Shown in pieces: positions 8,458 through 17,634 of a stretch of 55,098 nucleotides of DNA (position 1 is its first letter; each line of letters begins with the position of its first letter). The stretch comes from Patescibacteria group bacterium (lineage in GTDB: Bacteria > Chloroflexota > Limnocylindria > Limnocylindrales > CSP1-4), in assembly GCA_035495215.1 (NCBI GenBank), contig DATJGH010000061.1:1-55098 (forward strand), written 5' to 3'. The translations under genes were made by a program, and so were the position numbers. The notes below the pieces were generated by a model. It was not told the DNA's origin. It saw nothing but the letters and a program-made list of their open reading frames with translations, and searched no databases.

Positions 8458-8892
8458 TCAGCTGCTCGCGGCGGAGACGGCGCGCTTGCGCCTGGGTCGG
8501 GTGCTGCGAGCTGGACCGGGTTCGGGGATCACGTCGGACGCGGACCGGACGATGACCGCGCGGAGCTCCTCGAACCGCCGGACCGCGGTGCGATTGGTCT
8601 CGATGAGGTCGGGCAGTCGCTGTGCGATGTACGCCGCGTCGTACGCCGCCGGCTCGTTCGCGGCGCGGTCGAACGCGGCAAAGATCCCGGCGAGCCACTC
8701 GAAGTCAACCCAGACGCCCTGGTCGTTTGCCTGCTCGCGGGCCGCACGGGCGCTCGGAGCCAGCAGGCCCCACCAGATCCGGGTGGCCGGACCGAGTGAG
8801 TTGTACATGAGCTTGCGACCGCTGATCATCGTCCACAGCCATTCGGATCCGGGCCCGAGGATCACGAGGTCCTCGAGGTTGATCAGCTTCAT
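8458..8892 (-). CDS. Hypothetical protein (144 aa), Trp-rich with a basic C-terminal tail; no family recognised
   Basis: ORF 8458..8907. The preferred start is ATG 8892, preceded by AGGAGG plus 6 nt. My manual count gives third-position GC of about 85%. The product starts MKLINLEDLVILGPGSEWLWTMISGRK and ends RPRRKRAVSAASS. Confidence 0.7.
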   Translation of the reverse strand: MKLINLEDLVILGPGSEWLWTMISGRKLMYNSLGPATRIWWGLLAPSARAAREQANDQGVWVDFEWLAGIFAAFDRAANEPAAYDAAYIAQRLPDLIETNRTAVRRFEELRAVIVRSASDVIPEPGPARSTRPRRKRAVSAASS

Positions 8893-9178
8893 ATCCGCCC
8901 TCCTCACTACCGACTCGGCGGACGGTCGATGGCGGGATAGGGCGACACAAGGCGAGGTCGCCAGGGACCCATTGTGACCGCAGCGCGGTCTGCGCCTCGA
9001 GGCTCAAGCGGGTCACGGCCTGCAGCTTCGAGATGGCCTCGGCGGCGCTCTCCTTGTCGACCTTGGCGATCGCCCGTCATCCGTCGTGCGGGTATGTCCC
9101 ATCGACGTCGGAATCGGACTCCGCGGTCTCAGCGCGAACACGTGGCGATCGATCGGACTTCTGCGCCCGACTGGATCC

Positions 9179-9955
9179 TCAGGGCTGCACCGCCCGGGCT
9201 GGAGACAGGTCGCAGTCTGGTGTCGTGCACAGGGTCAACGCGAGGTTGTCGAGGCCCTCCGCGAGCGGGGTGAACCCGACTCGTCCGTCGAGCTGGCGCG
9301 CGATGATCCCTGCCGGCAGGCCCCTGACCAGCACGGCAGCGCCGGAGTCGCCGGACGAGACGGTGCGGTCGCCCACGATGATGCACGGGAACATCGTGTC
9401 CGTCGCGTTCTCGTATGGCTCGATCGCGATCACGGTCCCGGAGCGATAGTGCTCCCGACCGTCGATCTCGAATCGGTCGCCGACCGCGATATCCGGGCAG
9501 GCGAGCGGTCGGGTGCCGGAATCGATCGTTCGGTAGCCACCGGCGCCCAGGTCGACCATGTTGAGGTGGCCCCACGGGATGCGCCCGGGCGCCAGGGCGA
9601 GCGTCATGATGTCCGAGGGGGCGCAGAAGCGACCCTCCGGACAGTCGGCCAGCTGGGCGCGCGGGCCGATGACGCCGATCACCTGTCCGTCGGCGTCACG
9701 AAGCGTGAGGCCTGGATTGCCGCAATGCGCGCTGATGACGAGCACGATCGTGGACTCGTGGCGGGCGTAGAACCCTCCGGCGCATTCGACGATGAAGTTC
9801 TGGCCGGCCCACACCGGCGGCTCGAAGCGCGCGGTGGTGCGCGCGGTTTCGTTTCGATCCTCGATCGCCACGGCCGCCCAGGACCCGACGAGCACGAGCA
9901 CGGTTGCGGCGAGGACGATGGTGGTCGCGCGGACGAGCCGGGCCTTCATACGCAT
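9179..9955 (-). CDS. Secreted or membrane-anchored trypsin/chymotrypsin-fold (S1) serine protease
   Basis: ORF 9179..9955. It has an N-terminal hydrophobic segment (TTIVLAATVLVLVGSWAAV), a His motif (VISAHCG) and a Ser motif (GDSGAAV). Several Cys pairs are present. Confidence 0.8.
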   Translation of the reverse strand: MRMKARLVRATTIVLAATVLVLVGSWAAVAIEDRNETARTTARFEPPVWAGQNFIVECAGGFYARHESTIVLVISAHCGNPGLTLRDADGQVIGVIGPRAQLADCPEGRFCAPSDIMTLALAPGRIPWGHLNMVDLGAGGYRTIDSGTRPLACPDIAVGDRFEIDGREHYRSGTVIAIEPYENATDTMFPCIIVGDRTVSSGDSGAAVLVRGLPAGIIARQLDGRVGFTPLAEGLDNLALTLCTTPDCDLSPARAVQP

Positions 9956-10155
9956 CGTGGCGAACGTAGCACCGGCTGAGAGGGGCCGAAATCCTGCCTT
10001 CGGGCTATTCCCGCGCGGCGCAGGTGGATCTGCCCGCTCGCGCTGGTGAGCGGTGGTAGATCGTCGGATAAGCGCCGCTCGCTACCTTGCCGATACCCGC
10101 CGCACGCAGGGTCGGCCCGTGACCCGTCGGCCGACCGAACAAGGAGCGATGGACC

Positions 10156-10602
10156 GTGAACAAGGTCCTCCTGGCCGGCCGCCTGACGCGCGATCCCGAG
10201 ATGCGCGCGCTTGCCTCCGGCAAGCACGTCACCCAGTTCACCGTGGCGACGACGGAATACGCCGGCAACGGCAAGGAGCGCGGCGAGTTCCACAACGTGG
10301 TCACCTGGGACCGCCTCGCCGAAGTGTGCGGGCGCTACCTCGGCAAGGGGCAGCAGGTCGCCCTCGAGGGCCGGCTGCAGACCCGGACCTGGGATGACGA
10401 CAAGGGCCTCAGGCACTGGAAGACGGAGATCGTCGCGAGCACCGTCGAGATGCTGTCCGGCCGCAAGAAGAAGGACTACGCGGCCGAGTCCGCGGTTGAT
10501 GGCCTCGAGGCGGCGGCCGAACAGGACGGAACGACTGCCGCGACCGACGACGCCCCGAGTGTCCCCGCCGATGAGCCGATCCCCGAGGAGCTCGCTGCCT
10601 GA
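10156..10602 (+). CDS. ssb: Single-stranded DNA-binding protein
   Basis: ORF 10156..10602. A GTG start is preceded by AAGGAG. The OB-fold core reads MNKVLLAGRLTRDPEMR...FHNVVTWDRLAEVCGRYLGKGQQVALEGRLQTRTW. The acidic tail ends ADEPIPEELAA. Confidence 0.9.
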   Translation: MNKVLLAGRLTRDPEMRALASGKHVTQFTVATTEYAGNGKERGEFHNVVTWDRLAEVCGRYLGKGQQVALEGRLQTRTWDDDKGLRHWKTEIVASTVEMLSGRKKKDYAAESAVDGLEAAAEQDGTTAATDDAPSVPADEPIPEELAA

Positions 10603-10621
10603 GCGAGCTTCCAGCTCCCAT

Positions 10622-10666
10622 CCGCCCGGACGACGTCGGCCCCTCCCTCCTCCGCCGTCCGGGCGG
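10622..10666. terminator. Hairpin between convergent ssb and rsmI (possible bidirectional terminator)
   Basis: An 11-bp stem, CCGCCCGGACG (10622-10632) / CGTCCGGGCGG (10656-10666), encloses a 23-nt loop. It fills the 66-nt convergent gap. No clear U tract is present. Confidence 0.35.
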
Positions 10667-10668
10667 GC

Positions 10669-11529
10669 CTACTCGGCCGCGTCCTCGGTCCGGTACAGCG
10701 TGCGACGGGACAGGCCGGTCGCCACCGCCACGCGACGGGCCGCCTCGCTCCTGGTCAGGCCGCCCGCGACCAGCCCATCGACCTGGGCGCGACCGTCCGC
10801 GAGCGCGATGCGGCGCTCGTCACGGGAGAGCGCGGTGGCCGTTGACGGGCCGATGACGATCACGATCTCCCCGCGCGCCGGAATTGCGCGGTCGCTGACG
10901 GCGTCGGCGAGCTCGGCGAGGGGCGCGCGGACGACCTGCTCGTGCAGCTTGGTGAGCTCGCGGCACACCGCCGCGGGTCGGTCGCCGCCGCAGGTCTCGA
11001 CGAGGTCACGCAGCGTCCCGGCGAGGCGCGCCGGCGCCTCGAAGATGACCGCGCCGCGGTCGTCGCCCGCGATCCGGGCAAGCCGATCCCGACGCTCGCG
11101 ACCGGTTCGCGGCAGGAAGCCCTCGAAGCTCCAGCGGGGACCCGCCACGGCGCTCGCGGCAACCGCCGCGAGGACCGCAGATGGACCCGGGATCGGCACG
11201 ACCCGGCCGCCGTCGGCGGCCCACGCTCGGACCAGGTCCTCGCCGGGATCGCTGATCGCCGGCGTGCCCGCGTCGGTGATGACGGCGAGGTCCGCACCCC
11301 CGCGCAGGTGCTCGAGGAGCGCGGCCAGGCGCGCAATCCCGCTCTGGGCGTGGTAGCTCGTCATTCGGGTCCTGATCTCGTATCGCGCCAGGAGCCGCCG
11401 GCCGATCCGCGTGTCCTCCGCGGCGATCAGTGGCACCGTCCGCAGGGTCTCGAGCGCTCGCAGGGTGACGTCGCCGAGATTCCCGATCGGGGTCGCGACG
11501 AGGTAGAGCGTGCCGCGTTCGTCCGGCAC
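10669..11529 (-). CDS. rsmI: 16S rRNA (cytidine1402-2'-O)-methyltransferase RsmI
   Basis: These are the C-terminal 286 codons of ORF 10669..11703, from GTG 11529 (VPDERGTLYLVATPIGNLGDVTLRALETL...AAEDTR). It belongs to the tetrapyrrole-methylase fold RsmI family. Confidence 0.88.
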   Translation of the reverse strand: MPDERGTLYLVATPIGNLGDVTLRALETLRTVPLIAAEDTRIGRRLLARYEIRTRMTSYHAQSGIARLAALLEHLRGGADLAVITDAGTPAISDPGEDLVRAWAADGGRVVPIPGPSAVLAAVAASAVAGPRWSFEGFLPRTGRERRDRLARIAGDDRGAVIFEAPARLAGTLRDLVETCGGDRPAAVCRELTKLHEQVVRAPLAELADAVSDRAIPARGEIVIVIGPSTATALSRDERRIALADGRAQVDGLVAGGLTRSEAARRVAVATGLSRRTLYRTEDAAE

Positions 11530-11533
11530 GCGA

Positions 11534-12454
11534 TCAGGAGTGGGTCGAGCCCGGGCGCCGCCTCGGGTACAGGTAGTCGACGCCCGCCGTCCGGGGCCCG
11601 AGCTTGGCGACAGGCGGCACCTGCCGCTTGAACTCGGAGGTCGCCACCAACCGCTCGACGCGCTCGACGAGCGGCCGCTCGAAGCCCATCTCCACCAGCT
11701 CATCGGTCGAGCGCCGCCGATCGATCCGCCAGTAGAGGATGCGATCCAGCAGCGGATAGCTGAACGAGCCCTCGGCCTCGTCGGTCTGGTCCGGCCAGAG
11801 GTCGGCGCTCGGCGCCTTGGCGATGACCTGGTTCGGCACGCCCATCGCCGCTGCCAGCTGACGAACCTGGCTCTTGTACAGGTCGCCGATCGGGTTGAAC
11901 GCGCACGCGTTGTCCCCGAACAGGGTGGTGTAGCCGATCAGTGACTCCGTCTTGTTGCCGGTCCCGACCACCAGCCCGCGAAACGCAACGGACCGGTCGT
12001 ACAGGACGGCCATGCGCGTGCGGGCCATGAAGTTGCCCCGACGGACGGGCGTGGCGTCGGCGACCGCCTCGCCGCCGGCGCCCGCCTGGCCATCGCGCCC
12101 GAAGTAGCCGTCGACCATCGCCGTGATCTCGACCAGCTCGCTCGGACAGCCCAGTTCGGCGACGATCGCCTCGGCGTCGCTGCGCGAGGCCGGCGACGAC
12201 GTCCGGTACGGCATCAGGATGCACAACAGCCGGTCGGCGCCGATCGACTCCGACACGAGGTACGCGACGAGGCCCGAATCGATCCCGCCGGACAGGCCCA
12301 GCACGCAGCGCTCGAAGCCTGCCTGGCCGAGCTGGCCGCGGATGAACCCGGCGATGACCCGCCGGGCGACGTCGGTGTCGATCGCCAGCTCGTCCGGCAG
12401 CTCGAACAGCGGCCGGCCGGCGTCGTCGACAGGCAGGGGTCTGGCGGCGCTCAC
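11534..12454 (-). CDS. nadE: NAD+ synthetase, single-domain (N-type ATP pyrophosphatase) NadE
   Basis: ORF 11534..12454. The PP-loop motif SGGIDS is present, together with GTGNKTE and YKSQVR. The GTG start overlaps the stop of the upstream CN-hydrolase gene (GTGA). Confidence 0.92.
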   Translation of the reverse strand: MSAARPLPVDDAGRPLFELPDELAIDTDVARRVIAGFIRGQLGQAGFERCVLGLSGGIDSGLVAYLVSESIGADRLLCILMPYRTSSPASRSDAEAIVAELGCPSELVEITAMVDGYFGRDGQAGAGGEAVADATPVRRGNFMARTRMAVLYDRSVAFRGLVVGTGNKTESLIGYTTLFGDNACAFNPIGDLYKSQVRQLAAAMGVPNQVIAKAPSADLWPDQTDEAEGSFSYPLLDRILYWRIDRRRSTDELVEMGFERPLVERVERLVATSEFKRQVPPVAKLGPRTAGVDYLYPRRRPGSTHS

Positions 12455-13506
12455 CGGCGGTGTGACCGCAGCCGAATCGGCTCTTCCGGGGCACGGGCGG
12501 CCACTCCATCCTCGCCGGGCGCGCGCAGCGGTGGCGGAATCATCGGCCGGCGGGGCACCTTCGGGCGACGGCTCGGTGAGGGCAGGGGCGCCATCGGCGC
12601 CACATCGAGGCCCGGCTCGGCGCCCGGCTCGGCCGTCGAGTCCGAGGCGAGCCCGGCGCGCTCGGCGATGATCCGCCCGAGCTCACGCGCCTGGAGCTCG
12701 AGCCGCTCGTCGCGCAGGAGCGGCAAGGCGATCCGCTCGCGGCGGACGTCCTCGAGATTGACGTCGACGAGGTACAGGCCCTCGTCGAAGAGCGGCGCCG
12801 AGAACAGCGGCTCGCCCGACGGCGCGACCACCTCCGAGCCGCCCCAGAACGTGACCGACTCGTCGACGCCGACCCGGTTGACGAACACGACGAACGACGT
12901 GGTCAGCTGGGCGTAGGTGCGCATCAGCGTCCGCCACGACGTCGCGGTGCCGAGGCCGACGTCGTTTCGCGCGGCGAGATCGCGGCCGGGCGACGACGAC
13001 ACGTTGAGCAGGAGCTGCGCGCCGTCGAGGGCGAGCAGCTGCGGCGTCTGGAGGTGCCAGAAGTCCTCGCAGATCGCGATGCCCACGCCCACCCCAAGAC
13101 GGGACGGCACCGCCCGGACGACGTCGCCGGCGGCGAAGAAGCGGCGCTCGTCGAACAGCCCGTACGTGGGCAGGAACACCTTCCGGTGGACGTGCCGGAT
13201 CTCGCCGTCCTCCAGGAGGGCCGCGGCGATGAACAGGCGGTGGTCGCCCGACTCCTCGACGAACGAGACGCACGCCGAGAGGCCCCGCGTCGCGGCCGCG
13301 AGCGCTGCCAGCCGCGGATCGTCCAGGCGCATCGCGACCTCGGCCGCGAGGTCCTGCAGCTGGTAGCCGGTGAGGCCGAGCTCGGGGAACACGACGAGGC
13401 CCGCGCCGCCGGCCCGAGCCTCCTCGAGCAGGTCGCGATGGCGGGCGAGGTTCGCGTCGAGCGCGCCGAGGCCCGGGGCGGTCTGGGCGAGCGCGATTCG
13501 GAGCAT
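12451..13506 (-). CDS. Carbon-nitrogen hydrolase (nitrilase-superfamily) protein, probable glutaminase partner of NadE
   Basis: ORF 12451..13506. The Glu-Lys-Cys triad contexts are VVFPELGLTGY, HRKVFLP and IAICEDFW. It has a Pro-rich C-terminal tail of about 60 aa. Confidence 0.85.
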   Translation of the reverse strand: MLRIALAQTAPGLGALDANLARHRDLLEEARAGGAGLVVFPELGLTGYQLQDLAAEVAMRLDDPRLAALAAATRGLSACVSFVEESGDHRLFIAAALLEDGEIRHVHRKVFLPTYGLFDERRFFAAGDVVRAVPSRLGVGVGIAICEDFWHLQTPQLLALDGAQLLLNVSSSPGRDLAARNDVGLGTATSWRTLMRTYAQLTTSFVVFVNRVGVDESVTFWGGSEVVAPSGEPLFSAPLFDEGLYLVDVNLEDVRRERIALPLLRDERLELQARELGRIIAERAGLASDSTAEPGAEPGLDVAPMAPLPSPSRRPKVPRRPMIPPPLRAPGEDGVAARAPEEPIRLRSHRR

Positions 13507-13703
13507 GATCGGGACGAGGATACGCCCCTCCCCGACCGGCCCACGCCGCCCAGGGAGGGACCGGAAACCCGCGGGATTTACGCTCAGCGAGCACCTGATG
13601 CTGTCAGGAATCCCGGGTGACGCCCGCTGATTCGGGTGCTAGTCTGCCCGCACTCGCGGCCGAGGCTCATCGTCGGCACGCGTGCGAGTCACCCCGCGAT
13701 CTT

Positions 13704-13717
13704 GGGACGCGCGTCCC
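13704..13717. promoter_or_regulatory. Perfect 14-bp palindrome GGGACGCGCGTCCC upstream of the first ABC operon
   Basis: Seen directly in the sequence, 36 nt upstream of ATG 13753. It could be an operator or a 5' UTR hairpin. CG-rich palindromes are not rare at this GC content. Confidence 0.2.
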
Positions 13718-13752
13718 GACTCGACGCGGGGCAGCTGTGGAGGAGAGCCAGC

Positions 13753-15516
13753 ATGACCCGTCCTTCTGGACGATTGCCACGATTCGCGACGTTGTTCGCG
13801 GGCGTGGTGCTCGTCGCGGCCGCCTGTACGCCGGCGGCCAGCACCGCGCCAACGGGCGCACCGCCCACGACCGGGCAGACCCAGGGCGCGAGCGCCGAGC
13901 CGTTCGACGGCACGTCGTTCCCGCAGACCGCCATCGACTGCAGCAACCGGCCGAAGGATTACACCGGCCAGATCAGCCAGATCGTCGCTGTCGACCGGCT
14001 GACCGTCGAGTTCCATCTCTGTGACGCTGATGTCTCGTTCCTGTCGAAGCTCGCGTTCGCGTCGAGCGAGATCCAGGACTCGGACTGGCTCAAGGCGCAC
14101 GCGCCCGACAAGAGCTACGTCCGCAACCCCAATGGCACCGGTCCATACATGCTCAAGGAATGGGTCGAGGGTGACCACGTCACGCTCGAGGCCAACCCGA
14201 ACTACTGGGGTGACGCGCCGAAGGCCAAGACCGTCGTGATCCGCTGGTCGACCGAGGCCGCCTCGCGCCTGCAGGAGCTGCAGGCCGGCACCGTCGACGG
14301 GATCGACAACGTCGGGACCGACGACTTCGCCACCGTCCAGGGCGACTCGAACCTGCAGCTCAAGGAGCGCGAGGCGCTCAACGTCCTGTACCTCGGCTTC
14401 AACGTCGACCAGGCGCCGTGGAACAACGAGAAGGTTCGCGAGGCAGTCGCGATGGGCATTGATCGCGCGCGCATCGCGGCGAACTTCTACCCGGCGGGCT
14501 CCGAGGCGGCGAAGTACTTCACGCCGTGCGCCATCCCGGCCGCCTGCGGCGGCAGCGAGTGGCCGGCGTTCGACGCGGGCAAGGCCAAGCAGATGCTGAC
14601 CGACGCCGGCTTCGACTTCTCGAAGACGTACAACTTCCACTACCGGACCAAGGTCCGCAGCTACCTGCCGAGCCCGACCGAGGTCGCGACGGACATCCAG
14701 TCGCAGTTCAAGGACAACCTCGGCATCAACATCAAGCTGGTCGTCGAGAAGGACGACACGTTCCTCAGCGACTCGTCGCTCGGGAAGTTCCCGATGATCC
14801 TCCTCGGCTGGGGCGCCGACTACCCGGACGTCACCGACTTCCTCGACATCTTCTTCGGCACCGGCGCCGACAAGGCGTTCGGCACCCACTTCCCGGACAT
14901 CGAGCAGCTCCTGACCCAGGGCAAGACCCAGCCGAGCGTCTCCGACCGCGAGGCGACCTACGGCAAGGTCAACGACCTGCTCGTCCAGCACGTCCCGATG
15001 ATCCCGCTCGTCCACGGTGGCTCCGCCACGGCGTGGAAGGCGGACGTCCAGGGCGCGCACTCCTCACCGATCGGCAGCGAGTACCTCGCGGTGATGACCC
15101 CGGGCGACCGGGATCAGCTCGTGTGGATGCAGAACAGCGAGCCCTCGGGCCTGTACTGCGGTGACGAGACCGACGGCGACGCGCTCCGGATCTGCGAGCA
15201 GATCTTCGATTCGCTGTACACGTACGAGGTCGGTGGTCTCAAGACCATCCCGTCCCTCGCCACGAGCTGCGACCCGAGCACGGATGGCAAGGTCTACACC
15301 TGCCATCTCAAGGACGGCGTCAAGTTTGCCCAGGGCGGCACGCTCGACGCCAACGACGTCGTGCTGTCGTTCCAGGTCCAGATCGACGCCGGGGATCCGC
15401 TGCACACGGGCAACCTGCCGGGCCAGTGGTACAACCAGTACCTGTTCGGTGGCTGCCTCAACGCGGAGCCCGCGACGTGCGACCCGATCGCACCGGCATC
15501 GCCCGCTCCGTCGTGA
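13753..15516 (+). CDS. ABC transporter substrate-binding lipoprotein, family 5 (peptide/nickel, Opp/Dpp-like)
   Basis: This is ORF 13636..15516 from ATG 13753, preceded by GGAGGAG. The signal peptide has a lipobox-like VLVAAAC. The sequence is SBP_bac_5-like throughout. Confidence 0.88.
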   Translation: MTRPSGRLPRFATLFAGVVLVAAACTPAASTAPTGAPPTTGQTQGASAEPFDGTSFPQTAIDCSNRPKDYTGQISQIVAVDRLTVEFHLCDADVSFLSKLAFASSEIQDSDWLKAHAPDKSYVRNPNGTGPYMLKEWVEGDHVTLEANPNYWGDAPKAKTVVIRWSTEAASRLQELQAGTVDGIDNVGTDDFATVQGDSNLQLKEREALNVLYLGFNVDQAPWNNEKVREAVAMGIDRARIAANFYPAGSEAAKYFTPCAIPAACGGSEWPAFDAGKAKQMLTDAGFDFSKTYNFHYRTKVRSYLPSPTEVATDIQSQFKDNLGINIKLVVEKDDTFLSDSSLGKFPMILLGWGADYPDVTDFLDIFFGTGADKAFGTHFPDIEQLLTQGKTQPSVSDREATYGKVNDLLVQHVPMIPLVHGGSATAWKADVQGAHSSPIGSEYLAVMTPGDRDQLVWMQNSEPSGLYCGDETDGDALRICEQIFDSLYTYEVGGLKTIPSLATSCDPSTDGKVYTCHLKDGVKFAQGGTLDANDVVLSFQVQIDAGDPLHTGNLPGQWYNQYLFGGCLNAEPATCDPIAPASPAPS

Positions 15517-15548
15517 TCTGAGCGGACATCGTCGAACCGGAACCAACA

Positions 15549-15582
15549 GGCGAGCGGGGTGGCTGATGCCACCCCGCTCGCC
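15549..15582 (+). promoter_or_regulatory. Intercistronic 15-bp perfect stem-loop after the substrate-binding-protein gene
   Basis: GGCGAGCGGGGTGGC (15549-15563) and GCCACCCCGCTCGCC (15568-15582) flank a TGAT loop. It is followed by TATCTGCT. Confidence 0.55.
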
Positions 15583-15602
15583 TATCTGCTAGGCGCCATG
15601 CG

Positions 15603-16679
15603 GTGACGACCTACATCATCCGGCGGCTTCTCGTCACGATCCCGGTCCTGTTCGGGATCATCCTCGTCGTGTTCATCGTCGGGCGGCTGCTGCCCGGCGA
15701 TCCGTGCCACATCCTGCTCGGCGAGCGCGCCTCGAATGCCGTGTGCGCGGCCTTCAACCACGATTTCGGCTACGACCGGCCGGTCCTCCAGCAGTTCGGC
15801 GACTACCTCAGTGCGCTCTCCCACGGAGACCTGGGTCGGTCGCTGCGGACGAACCTTCCCGTCGGCGATCTCCTGATCAGCCGGCTGCCGATGACGGTCG
15901 AGCTGTCGTTCTACGCGCTGCTCTTCGCGACGATCGTGGGCATCCTCCTCGGCGTCCTGTCGGCGTACCGCCGCAACTCCGCCGTCGACGTGGTGACGAT
16001 GGCCATCGCCAACCTCGGCGTGAGCATCCCCGTGTTCGTGCTCGGTCTCCTGTTCGCGTTCCTGTTCGCGATCGTGCTGAAGGACACGTTCTTCGCACTG
16101 CCGCCGGCGGGCCGGCTCACCGCCGGCGTGTCGGTGGTGCCGCTGGCCGAGCGATGGGGGTTGACCGGCTACGCCGGCCCGGTGCGTGCGATCGTCGACT
16201 TCGTGTCGAACATGTACACGTTCAACGCCCTGCTGAGCTTCCAGTGGGGGCTGCTCGCCGACGGCCTGCGCCACCTGATCCTGCCGGCCGTCGCGCTGGG
16301 CACGATCCCGCTCGCGATCATCGCCCGGATCACGCGGTCGAGCCTGCTCGAGGTGCTCGGCCTCGACTACGTCCGGACGGCGCGGGCCAAGGGCCTCGCC
16401 GAGTCGGCCGTCGTGCGCAAGCACGGCCTGCCGAACGCGATGCTGCCCGTCGTCACGATCATCGGCCTCCAGGTTGGCGGGCTGCTCGCCGGCGCCGTCC
16501 TGACCGAGACGATCTTCGGGCTCGCCGGCGTCGGGCGCGCCCTGTACGACGCCATCACCTCCCACGACTTCGCGGTGATCCAGGGCTTCGTGTTCGTCAT
16601 CTCCGTGGGCTTCCTGCTCGTGAACCTGCTCGTCGACATCAGCTACGCCTACCTCGATCCGCGGATCCGCCTCTCATGA
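15603..16679 (+). CDS. ABC transporter permease (OppB/DppB-like)
   Basis: ORF 15603..16679. The N-terminus MTTYIIRRLLVTIPVLFGIILVVF is typical. The EAA-like region reads DYVRTARAKGL. Confidence 0.9.
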   Translation: MTTYIIRRLLVTIPVLFGIILVVFIVGRLLPGDPCHILLGERASNAVCAAFNHDFGYDRPVLQQFGDYLSALSHGDLGRSLRTNLPVGDLLISRLPMTVELSFYALLFATIVGILLGVLSAYRRNSAVDVVTMAIANLGVSIPVFVLGLLFAFLFAIVLKDTFFALPPAGRLTAGVSVVPLAERWGLTGYAGPVRAIVDFVSNMYTFNALLSFQWGLLADGLRHLILPAVALGTIPLAIIARITRSSLLEVLGLDYVRTARAKGLAESAVVRKHGLPNAMLPVVTIIGLQVGGLLAGAVLTETIFGLAGVGRALYDAITSHDFAVIQGFVFVISVGFLLVNLLVDISYAYLDPRIRLS

Positions 16680-16689
16680 GCACCGATCG

Positions 16690-17634
16690 ATGAGCTCCGT
16701 CGCGTCGCCCGCCGACCTCATCGCCGACCAGCTCGCGACCGCGCGACCGGCCTCGCTCTGGCGCGACACGATCGCGAACGTCCTGCGCCAGCGGAATGCC
16801 CAGATCGGGCTCGTGGTGCTTGCCATCCTCGTCTTCTTCGCCGTCTTTGCGGACCAGCTCGCTGCGTTCGGCCCCGACGACGTCCTGCTCGGCCACGAGG
16901 ATGGCGTGAAGCGCCTGACGGCGCCGTGCGTCCACCTCCTCGGCTGCGCGCCGACCCAGGTCGAGCACTTCTTCGGCCTCGACGGGAATGCCCGCGATGA
17001 GTTCAGCCGGGTCATCCACGGAGCGCGCATCTCGCTCTGGATCGGATTCGTGACCGTCGGCTTCGCGATCGTCATCGGCGCCCTCATCGGCCTCGTCGCG
17101 GGCTACGCCGAGGGCGTCCTCGACACGGTCCTGATGCGCACGATGGATGTCATCCTCGTCTTCCCATCGCTGCTCCTCGCAATCGCGATCGTGGCCGCGC
17201 TCGGGCCGAGCCTGCTGAACGCGCAGATCGCCATCGGCATCGTGGCCATCCCGATCTACGCCCGGGTGATGCGCGCCTCCGTGCTCACGGTCAAGGAGAA
17301 CGGCTTCGTGACGGCATCGCGCGCCCTGGGCGAGGGCGCAGCGGGCCTGATCTTCCGGCGCATCCTGCCGAACGCCGTCACGCCGATCATCGTCACCGGC
17401 ACGCTCGGCATCGCGACCGCGGTGCTCGAGGTGGCCGCACTGTCGTTCCTCGGCCTCGGCGCGCAGCCGCCCCTGGCGGAATGGGGCTCGATGATCGGCC
17501 TCGACCGCAAGTACCTCTTCACCGCGCCGCACCTGATCCTGTTCCCGGGCATCTTCCTGTCGATGACAGTGTTCGGCTTCAACCTCCTCGGCGACGGCCT
17601 GCGGGACGCGCTCGATCCCCGGCTGAACCGATGA
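16690..17634 (+). CDS. ABC transporter permease (OppC/DppC-like)
   Basis: ORF 16690..17634. It is a multi-TM BPD_transp_1-type permease, with the motif [11 protein letters not shown]. Confidence 0.9.
   Translation: MSSVASPADLIADQLATARPASLWRDTIANVLRQRNAQIGLVVLAILVFFAVFADQLAAFGPDDVLLGHEDGVKRLTAPCVHLLGCAPTQVEHFFGLDGNARDEFSRVIHGARISLWIGFVTVGFAIVIGALIGLVAGYAEGVLDTVLMRTMDVILVFPSLLLAIAIVAALGPSLLNAQIAIGIVAIPIYARVMRASVLTVKENGFVTASRALGEGAAGLIFRRILPNAVTPIIVTGTLGIATAVLEVAALSFLGLGAQPPLAEWGSMIGLDRKYLFTAPHLILFPGIFLSMTVFGFNLLGDGLRDALDPRLNR

Noticed and set aside
13617-13645. A possible promoter, GTGACG-17 nt-TAGTCT, upstream of the first ABC operon
   Set aside because: Only 4 of 6 and 3 of 6 positions match the consensus hexamers. 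Matches at this level are expected by chance, so I did not report it as a feature.
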